Positions 1-7,193 of a stretch of DNA of 32,932 bases are shown here, piece by piece. A program made the position numbers and the translations under genes. The stretch lies in the sequence record SRR22947725_9170; one strand, given 5' to 3'. Positions within the stretch are counted from its first letter, which is position 1. Every line of letters begins with the position of its first letter. Under the pieces are notes generated by a model. It was not told where the DNA came from and did not search any database. It worked only from the letters and a program-made list of their open reading frames with translations.

Positions 1-652
1 TGCTGTCGGTGGCGGTCCGTGCAAACGCTTCGAAGGCTTCGAAGATTGCGTCCAAGGTTCCATAAAAGTCGAGATGATCCGGTGCGATGTTCGTAATCAA
101 TACGTGAGCGGGTTCATAGCCCACGAAGGATCTATCGGATTCGTCCGCTTCGATCACGAAGAGGTCATCCGATCCTGCCCGCGAGGAAACACCCCACTGG
201 CTGATCACTCCCCCATTGACACAGCCCGCGTCGATACCGACGGCTTCCAGCGCGGTGGCGAGCATCGCGGTGGTCGTCGTTTTGCCGTGAGATCCCGCAA
301 CGGCAAGAGGCGTTTTGCCCTGCAAAAGCCACCGCAGGGCTTCCGAGCGGTGGATAATCGTGAGGCCCCGATCGAGCGCTTCGAGATACTCCGGATTAGT
401 CTCGCGAACAGCGCTAGAGAAAACGACGGTGTCTACCCCGGCAAGGTGGGCGGCATCGTGACCAAGGAACACCTGGATACCTGAATGCCGCAACGACTCG
501 ACAACCTCGGAGTCAAACCGGTCGGAACCGGTCACTCGGTGTCCGCGCTCGGCAAAAACTCGGGCAATCCCGCTCATTCCAGAGCCTCCAACCCCGATAA
601 AGTGAATCGCACCCATCGCCTCCGGGAGAGCTCTGCCCAATTCAGGTTTCAT
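1..652 (-). CDS. murC: UDP-N-acetylmuramate--amino acid ligase MurC (partial; 3' end runs off the window)
   Basis: Hand translation from ATG 652 gives MKPELGRALPEAMGAIHFIGVGGSGMSGIAR...VAGSHGKTTTTAM...EADESD...ITNIAPDHLD. ATGA overlap with the murG stop; canonical dcw position. Not in the ORF track because it is truncated by the window. Confidence 0.96.
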   Translation of the reverse strand, partial: MKPELGRALPEAMGAIHFIGVGGSGMSGIARVFAERGHRVTGSDRFDSEVVESLRHSGIQVFLGHDAAHLAGVDTVVFSSAVRETNPEYLEALDRGLTIIHRSEALRWLLQGKTPLAVAGSHGKTTTTAMLATALEAVGIDAGCVNGGVISQWGVSSRAGSDDLFVIEADESDRSFVGYEPAHVLITNIAPDHLDFYGTLDAIFEAFEAFARTATDS

Positions 653-1737
653 TGCGACTCTTTCTGTGACAGCGTCATCACGGCTTCTGCCATCTGTTCG
701 GCGGCATCGTTCTTTCCTAACCCTGCCGCGGCCTCTTTCATTCTCTGCAGAGCAGCTTCCTCCGCCAAGATGGGCATAACTGTGGCCAGCACACCTTCGT
801 GGGTGAATTCATGGTCCGGCACAATCATCGCTGCGCCGCAGGCGACACTCTCCGAGGCGTTTCTTGCTTGTTCGCCATTACCCACCGGGTAGGGAACAAA
901 GATCGCTGGAAGGTGAAGCACCTGAATTTCAGAGACTGTCGCCGCGCCCGCGCGGGAAATCACTGCGGTCGCACTGGCAAGGGCCAGGTCCATGCGGTCG
1001 CAATAGTTCATTCCCCGATACCCCCGGGGCATATCGGCCGGGACGGTGTTGGCACCACCAACAATGTGGAGCACTTGCCACCCCGCCTGGGTGAGCACAC
1101 TAGCCAGAGCAGCAATTGTTTCGTTGATGCGCGTGGCGCCCTGTGACCCACCGGTGACCAGCAACGTCTTGGTCTGCGGCTTCAATCCGAAATGGGTGCG
1201 CGCCGTAGCGGGGCTCAGCGGCGAGTCCGGGTGAGTGATAGTTCTCTTCATCGGCATTCCGATGACCCTAGAGCTCGGAAATTTGGGGGTGGGAAAAGCA
1301 GTCAATACCTGGCGAGTGAAGCGGGCTCCTAGAAGGTTGGCAAAACCCGGCACAGCATTAGCTTCGTGGATCACCAGCGGGGTCTTGCGAAGCCACGCCG
1401 CGACATACACCGGGGCGCTGGCGTAGCCACCAAACCCCGCGACCACATCGGCCTTGTGGCGGGACAACATGCGAAGTGCCTGCAGGGTGGCGAACACAAA
1501 TCGTGGGAAAAAAGCAACAGCCAGGAGACTGAGTTTCCGCGGGAAAGGTAACCGCGCGAGAGTGTTAAGGCTTAGTCCGGCATCGGGAACGAGCCTCGAT
1601 TCCAGGCCTTCACGTGTGCCAACAACGACGATGTCCTCGGCCATCACGCCGTGGCTTCGTTGGAGCTCTTCCGCCACAGCCAAAAGAGGGTTGACGTGAC
1701 CGGCGGTGCCTCCGCCGGCAAGAATTACTCGGGTCAT
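649..1737 (-). CDS. murG: Undecaprenyldiphospho-muramoylpentapeptide beta-N-acetylglucosaminyltransferase MurG
   Basis: MTRVILAGGGTAGHVNP, GFGGYAS, HEAN, GGSQGA, SRAGAATVSE, GNGEQ motifs. ATG 1737 overlaps the ftsW stop (ATGA); the ORF-track extension to 2199 lies inside ftsW. Confidence 0.96.
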   Translation of the reverse strand: MTRVILAGGGTAGHVNPLLAVAEELQRSHGVMAEDIVVVGTREGLESRLVPDAGLSLNTLARLPFPRKLSLLAVAFFPRFVFATLQALRMLSRHKADVVAGFGGYASAPVYVAAWLRKTPLVIHEANAVPGFANLLGARFTRQVLTAFPTPKFPSSRVIGMPMKRTITHPDSPLSPATARTHFGLKPQTKTLLVTGGSQGATRINETIAALASVLTQAGWQVLHIVGGANTVPADMPRGYRGMNYCDRMDLALASATAVISRAGAATVSEIQVLHLPAIFVPYPVGNGEQARNASESVACGAAMIVPDHEFTHEGVLATVMPILAEEAALQRMKEAAAGLGKNDAAEQMAEAVMTLSQKESQ

Positions 1738-2966
1738 CGACGCCTTCCCCGCGCGGCAGAATAGTGCTCCGTCACCGAGATCGCGCCCGCGCGGTTGAGT
1801 GCCATAACTATCCCCACCGCCGCCAGCGAGGACAGGAGTGCCGATCCACCCACCGACATGAATGGCAGCGGAATCCCGAGTACCGGGAGCAGCTCCAGGA
1901 CCACAGCAATGTTGATGAGCGCTTGCCCAATCAACCAGACCATCACGCCCGCTGTCACCAAACGAGCGAAGGGATCTGGATTTTTTCTCACCAGGTGCGC
2001 CATCGTAATGGCGAGCACAACAAAGCACACAATGACAAGCCCCGCACCGAGAAGGCCCAGCTCTTCGCCCACGATGGCGAAGATGAAGTCGGTTTCTGCC
2101 TCGGGAAGCCAGGACCATTTTGCCCGGGAGTTGCCCAGTCCCACGCCGAACACTCCTCCAGAGCCCAACGCGAAGGTGGAATGAACCGTTTGCCAGCACG
2201 TGGTGAGGTACTCATCCTCTGTGCATCCAGAAAACCAGGTAGTGATTCGTCGAACCCGCGAGGGGGCAAAAAGTGCGGCCATCGCTCCCAAGGCGGCCAG
2301 GACGACGAGGATGCTGGCAAGGTGTCGGAGCCGAACCCCTGCGAGGAACAGCACACCAATAACCACCACAACCATCACGCCCACGGTTCCCAAGTCCTCG
2401 CCGAACATGACCATGCCGATAGACGCGACCACTCCAATCCCCAAAGGCGTCGCCAGGGTTCGAAGTTCTCCGATGGCCTCGAGTCGAGAAGACAGAATTG
2501 TTGCCATCCAGAGGATCAAAGTCACTTTGAGAAGCTCAGAAGGCTGCGCGGAAAAATTCCCCACGGCGATCCAGTTTCGGTTTCCCCCCGAAGTAACCCC
2601 TAGGGGTGTGAAGACAAGACTCTGTAAGAACAAGGCTGCGAGCAACCCCGCGGGGGCTGCTCGCAGGATCGCAATCGGTTGGACTCTGGCCAGTAACAAC
2701 ATGACCGGAATCCCCATTAACACCCACATGGCCTGCCGCAGAAAGACAGCAAAAAAGTTTCCATCATTACCCAGGGCCGAATCAACGAAAGAAGATGACA
2801 AGACCATCACGAGCCCGAAAATCACCAGGAAAAACACTATCGCCACCATCACCACGTAGTGGGGGGACTCCTGGGAAAACAGACGCTTGACGCTCACCAC
2901 GACGCGCGCGTCCGGAGCGGCTCGATTTTTGGCTTCAGGGTTTCTCACGGGTGCGCCACGAGCCAT
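1734..2966 (-). CDS. ftsW: SEDS-family peptidoglycan glycosyltransferase FtsW
   Basis: Multi-TM protein with GGNRNWI, QPSELLK, DLGT, GVGLGNS, LPEAETDFIFAIVGEELG, PLPFMSVGGS. ATG 2966 is preceded by AAGGGGTGG; alternative start 3005. Confidence 0.95.
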   Translation of the reverse strand: MARGAPVRNPEAKNRAAPDARVVVSVKRLFSQESPHYVVMVAIVFFLVIFGLVMVLSSSFVDSALGNDGNFFAVFLRQAMWVLMGIPVMLLLARVQPIAILRAAPAGLLAALFLQSLVFTPLGVTSGGNRNWIAVGNFSAQPSELLKVTLILWMATILSSRLEAIGELRTLATPLGIGVVASIGMVMFGEDLGTVGVMVVVVIGVLFLAGVRLRHLASILVVLAALGAMAALFAPSRVRRITTWFSGCTEDEYLTTCWQTVHSTFALGSGGVFGVGLGNSRAKWSWLPEAETDFIFAIVGEELGLLGAGLVIVCFVVLAITMAHLVRKNPDPFARLVTAGVMVWLIGQALINIAVVLELLPVLGIPLPFMSVGGSALLSSLAAVGIVMALNRAGAISVTEHYSAARGRRR

Positions 2967-3079
2967 CTCACCACCCCTTAGGTTGCAAATGTCAAGCGCG
3001 GGCATGGGTACAGGAACACGCGCCTTTCTAGTGTGCGCCCGTGGGTGAAAACCTCGGCGATGCCACGCCGGATGCGTTT

Positions 3080-4066
3080 TTAGGGCAGAGTCAGCACGCC
3101 AGCGATGACCGCCGGAGAAACATCAAAAGCCCGTGCGACAGCAATGGCACCCACGATCACCGGCAAATCCTCGGGGATGGTCCAGCCCGCTTCGCTCAAT
3201 TCCTCCAGGGTGGACACTTCGAGGGCGTGATTGGCTCTGTCATCGAGGAAGGCCCGGTCGACCAGGATGCCCTCCACCAGGCCCAAGTCGCTGCGGTCGG
3301 GGGAATCAAATCCCACCCCGATAGCGCGTGCTCCATCAGACACGTCGGCGTCTTCCACCAGTGACATGCTGGGTCCAAGACTTTTGCGATACACACAGGC
3401 GAGTTGGGTGCCATCGAAGAGGGCACCGTTTGTCAGGGTGGAGGTCTCCTCCACACAGACCGCAACATAGGGAGAACGGTGTCCCTCTCCCCGTGCCAGG
3501 AGCTGCGCCTGGTTGTCCGAGGCAAGAACTATCAACGCTTGATAGTCGTGCGGGTCGCGCAACGCATCGAGTAAGACGTCGGAATGGTGTCCGACCACCA
3601 ACGCGGGAACATCACCGGCATTCAGAAGACGTGCTGCGAGCTCTGCCAGACGCCTGCCATAGGTCTCACCGGCAACGAGCACCCAGGGCGAGAGGTGCTC
3701 TCTCTTATCCCGCACCCGCCAGGCAGCGTCGAGATCAGACCACACCAGAACTCCCTGGTTCTCAGCCGCCGTCACGACCGGGCTGTCTGCAGGAACCCCT
3801 GGGGACAGCACCAACGCCTCGGGAGAAAAATCCTTCAGCGCTGCGGACAGTCCTCGATCCCCCGCAACCACAGGAACAACCCCCAACACCTCGAGAATGC
3901 GAAGAGTATCGGGCCCTGCCTCATTGGCTAGGGCAAGTACATCGCAGCCGAGCTCAACAAACGTGTCCACCAGCGCAAACCCCGTAGCACCGAGCCCCAG
4001 CACCGCGACGCGATGGCCTGCCCAGTCGCTCGACCAACTTCTTAGCTGATCAATAGAACGAGTCAA
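3080..4066 (-). CDS. murD: Degenerate, C-terminally truncated MurD homologue (domains 1-2 only, catalytic motifs lost)
   Basis: Lies between mraY and ftsW. MurD-like N-terminus (SW..DW.G.RVAVLGLG.TG, VLSPG, AWRVRDK, LDALRDP, GILVDRAFLDDR). The P-loop position reads AGETYGRRL, and GNIG/ELSS/DHLD/HRxE/DSKATN are absent. TTG 4066 overlaps the mraY stop; alternative GTG 4078. Confidence 0.85.
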   Translation of the reverse strand: MTRSIDQLRSWSSDWAGHRVAVLGLGATGFALVDTFVELGCDVLALANEAGPDTLRILEVLGVVPVVAGDRGLSAALKDFSPEALVLSPGVPADSPVVTAAENQGVLVWSDLDAAWRVRDKREHLSPWVLVAGETYGRRLAELAARLLNAGDVPALVVGHHSDVLLDALRDPHDYQALIVLASDNQAQLLARGEGHRSPYVAVCVEETSTLTNGALFDGTQLACVYRKSLGPSMSLVEDADVSDGARAIGVGFDSPDRSDLGLVEGILVDRAFLDDRANHALEVSTLEELSEAGWTIPEDLPVIVGAIAVARAFDVSPAVIAGVLTLP

Positions 4067-5160
4067 CGGCTGAGCCACTCCAGGTAAAAGAGTCCCGCCC
4101 CCGCAGCCGCGCACAGACCCGCAATCAACCAGAAACGCACAACAATCGTGACCTCCGCCCAGCCTTTAATTTCGTAGTGGTGGTGAAGCGGCGAGGAATA
4201 AAAAATTCGTTTACCCTTGGTGGCTTTGAAATACAGCCGCTGCAGGATTACCGAACCCGTGAGAATCACAAACAAACCTCCCACCAGCGGGAGGAGCCCT
4301 TCTGTCCGGGAGAACAGTGCCAGCCCGGCCACGCCCCCACCTAAACCCAGTGAGCCGGTGTCTCCCATGAAAATCCTGGCGGGCGACGTGTTCCACCATA
4401 AGAACCCGATCAGGCTGGCACTGGCAATAGCGGCGACGGTGGTGAGCTCGAGAGAATCTCTGACTTCGTAGCACTTAAGGAAATTGTCTTCATCCGGGAA
4501 TACCCGGAAGCATGACTGATTGAACTGCCAGAAAGTAATCATGACATAGGCGACAAAGACCAACACCGCTGAACCGCTGGCGAGACCGTCCAAACCATCC
4601 GTCAGGTTTACGGCGTTAGAGGTCCCCACGATGATGAGTGTCGCCCACACCGCAAAACCGACCAAGACGCCAACCTGTCCCCACTGCGAGAAATCAATCA
4701 CGTCAGCATTTCGCACCAAGGACATGCCGGGGGCTGCCGGGGTTTGGCCATCGGAATCAGGAAAAGACACGGCCAACACGGCAAAGGTAACCGACACCAG
4801 AATCTGCCCGATGACTTTGCTTCGCGGGCTGAGGCCCAACGAGCGTTGCTGGCGAATCTTGGAGTAGTCATCCAAAAACCCCACGAACCCCAGGGCCACC
4901 ATCAAACCGATCACCAAAAGGGCGGACTGGCTGGGTGGGACACCTTCGATCAGGTGGGCAGTGAAGTACCCAAAAACAATGGCGAGCAAGATGACGATCC
5001 CACCCATTGTGGGCGTACCACGCTTGACGTAGTGGGTTTTGGGGCCATCTTGACGAATAAATTGTCCCCAGCCGATGGAGGCAAAAAGCCTGATGAAGAG
5101 TGGGGTGAGGAACAAAGAAAACCCCAGCGAGAGGGCGCTTCCCAGCAGCAGAATTCTCAA
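4063..5160 (-). CDS. mraY: Phospho-N-acetylmuramoyl-pentapeptide transferase MraY
   Basis: KRGTPTMGG, GFLDD, NAVNLTDGLDGL, FMGDTGSL and PLHHH motifs; multi-TM. Confidence 0.97.
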   Translation of the reverse strand: MRILLLGSALSLGFSLFLTPLFIRLFASIGWGQFIRQDGPKTHYVKRGTPTMGGIVILLAIVFGYFTAHLIEGVPPSQSALLVIGLMVALGFVGFLDDYSKIRQQRSLGLSPRSKVIGQILVSVTFAVLAVSFPDSDGQTPAAPGMSLVRNADVIDFSQWGQVGVLVGFAVWATLIIVGTSNAVNLTDGLDGLASGSAVLVFVAYVMITFWQFNQSCFRVFPDEDNFLKCYEVRDSLELTTVAAIASASLIGFLWWNTSPARIFMGDTGSLGLGGGVAGLALFSRTEGLLPLVGGLFVILTGSVILQRLYFKATKGKRIFYSSPLHHHYEIKGWAEVTIVVRFWLIAGLCAAAGAGLFYLEWLSR

Positions 5161-5609
5161 GCGAGGAGCTCACTCAGTCTTAACACCAGCGCACCCATAT
5201 CTTTTGGAACACCGCCCAAAACGACAACAACATCGCCGGGGCCAATGTCTTTCGACACCTCATCGTAGGCGCTAGCGACATCCTCGACGTGTTGTGACTC
5301 CCCGTCCCACGAACCTTCCCGACCCACCGAAGCAAAAATGGCCCTCGCCTCGGGCCCAATAGCAATGCACTTGGCCACATTAACTCGAACAATAAAGGCT
5401 CCGAAAGCCTCGAGGTCGTCGTAATCCGATTCTCCCGTCCATTCGATTGCCCCGGTGAGAACTATTTGGCGTTGTTCCGGAGTCACGGCGCCTCGCACGG
5501 CTTTGAGAAGATCGACTGCCGCCCGAGCCCCCACCACGCTGGTGCCGTCAATGATGGCGCCGCCTCCCCGAATCGGGTGAGAGGGGACACCAAGGTCCGC
5601 ATCCATCAC
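5157..5609 (-). CDS. murF: Stand-alone degenerate MurF C-terminal domain (~150 aa)
   Basis: Occupies the murF slot between murE and mraY with 4-nt overlaps at both ends (GTG 5609 on the murE stop; stop on the mraY TTG). Resembles MurF domain 3 (IVRVNV, REGSWDGES, PGDVVVV) but has no N-terminal or ATP-binding domain. Confidence 0.75.
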   Translation of the reverse strand: MMDADLGVPSHPIRGGGAIIDGTSVVGARAAVDLLKAVRGAVTPEQRQIVLTGAIEWTGESDYDDLEAFGAFIVRVNVAKCIAIGPEARAIFASVGREGSWDGESQHVEDVASAYDEVSKDIGPGDVVVVLGGVPKDMGALVLRLSELLA

Positions 5610-7162
5610 GGCCCCCTCTCTTCTGCGACCTCTGGCCACCCAGCATCTGCCAGCGCATTCTGAGCTTCTCGTTTGGCAGAATACGGCACCTTCTCTCCGC
5701 CGACATCGCGATAGGACTGCGAGCCTGGACCGCTCCAGAGCACGCTATCGCCCTCCCCCACCAGTGTGAGAGCAAACCTTATGGCCGTGGTGGGGTCAGG
5801 GACGTCATGCACATCGCGGTGTCGAACGGAGCGCGCACCTTCCAACAAACCCGCTCTAATCAGGCCAGGGTCCTCTTTTCGGGGATCGTCATCGGTCACA
5901 ATCACCACTTCTGCTCCGCGCGCAGCAACCGCGCCCATGACGGGTCGCTTCGTAGCATCGCGGTTGCCGGAGGTGCCGCACACCATCACAATTTTTCCTG
6001 TTGTGAGAGCCCTGATCGCAGCCAGCGTGTGTTCGTAAGCGTCGGCGCTGCGCCCCGCGTCCAAGAACACTGACGGACCTGAGGTTCCCGAAACTTTCTC
6101 TACTCTGCCAGGGATGGAGACTGGTATCCCTGTGGTTCCAGGACCCATGGCAGCGGAAATATCCGCCAGAGCGATACCGGATTCCTTCAGCATCACCACA
6201 GCGAGAGAGGCGTTGGCCACCATGTGCTCGCCAATAATCGGAGCTCTCAGCTCGAGCGATTCGCCCGCGGGCCCCCTCAGGTGCCACCTGGAGGTCTCCG
6301 AGGCCTCGTCGAGGACCTCATAGCTCCACTCACTGGGCCCTCGGGTGTGACCAGCGACGGTGGTGAAGGGGATCGTGACCTGCTGGGCGAGAGCGCGACC
6401 CCATTCACCATCAACACAGATCACACCGCGACGGGCCATGGCCGGCTGGAAAAGGGTTGCCTTGGCCTGGAGGTAGGGCTCCATCCCCCCAAAATCTTCA
6501 AAGTGGTCGTGGCTTAGATTGGTGAACCCCACCACAGCGCTCATCACACCCTGAAGCCTGTTCTTGACCAACGCTTGAGCGCTGACCTCAATTGCTACCC
6601 CACCCACACCTTTTTCACGACTCAGCGCAAGCATGGCGTGAATGTCGGGGGCTTCGGGGGTGGTCAGGCTCGAGGGGTACGCCACACCATCCACTCGGCG
6701 CTCTGCTGTCGTCGAAAGAGCCGTTCTCCGACCGATTCCCCTCAAGAGGGCTTCGAGGAGGAAAGCCGTTGAGGTTTTCCCATTCGTTCCCGTGACAGAA
6801 AAAACTGGCGGGTGATTCTCCTGCGCTGTGCCATACACGAGTGCGGACAGCGCTCCCAGAAGCTGTCGGGGATTTTCTGCAACAACGGCAGGGGTGGCTG
6901 TTGCGCCAAGGGCTGAGCATCCCGCGACATCGGTGAAGACCGCTACCGCGCCCTGAGCGAGAGCCTCATCCACCATCTCACTGCCGTGGCGATTGACACC
7001 TTGAAGAGCTACAAAGACATCTCCGGGCATCACCGCCTGGGTATGAAGGGCAACGCCGGTCACCGAAACGTCATCACCCTCGTGGGCGAGACCGAGGCCT
7101 CGAGCAATCTCTCCGAGCGTAACCGCGGGTGCACTCGTTGGGCGAAGTGGCCTGCTGGACAT
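5606..7162 (-). CDS. murE: MurE-family UDP-MurNAc-dipeptide--amino acid ligase (divergent substrate pocket)
   Basis: PGDVFVALQG, VTGTNGKTST, LTTPEA, EVSAQAL, FTNLSHDH, PGRVE, RDATKRPVMG, TDDDPR. Directly downstream of ftsI. Confidence 0.93.
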   Translation of the reverse strand: MSSRPLRPTSAPAVTLGEIARGLGLAHEGDDVSVTGVALHTQAVMPGDVFVALQGVNRHGSEMVDEALAQGAVAVFTDVAGCSALGATATPAVVAENPRQLLGALSALVYGTAQENHPPVFSVTGTNGKTSTAFLLEALLRGIGRRTALSTTAERRVDGVAYPSSLTTPEAPDIHAMLALSREKGVGGVAIEVSAQALVKNRLQGVMSAVVGFTNLSHDHFEDFGGMEPYLQAKATLFQPAMARRGVICVDGEWGRALAQQVTIPFTTVAGHTRGPSEWSYEVLDEASETSRWHLRGPAGESLELRAPIIGEHMVANASLAVVMLKESGIALADISAAMGPGTTGIPVSIPGRVEKVSGTSGPSVFLDAGRSADAYEHTLAAIRALTTGKIVMVCGTSGNRDATKRPVMGAVAARGAEVVIVTDDDPRKEDPGLIRAGLLEGARSVRHRDVHDVPDPTTAIRFALTLVGEGDSVLWSGPGSQSYRDVGGEKVPYSAKREAQNALADAGWPEVAEERGP

Positions 7163-7193
7163 GCGAGCCCCTCTCCCCGTTGTTGACTAGGCG

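Noticed and set aside
1738-2199. N-terminal extension of the 516-aa murG ORF
   Set aside because: Lies in an alternative frame of ftsW; MurG homology starts at ATG 1737, which overlaps the ftsW stop.
2967-3082. Frameshift or premature stop hiding the MurD C-terminal domain
   Set aside because: Only 113 nt remain before ftsW and read-through translation shows no MurD motifs, so the domain is deleted rather than frameshifted.
5600-5640. MurE-MurF fusion protein
   Set aside because: murE ends in TGA, the murF remnant starts in another frame by a GTGA overlap, and no obvious slippery sequence is present.
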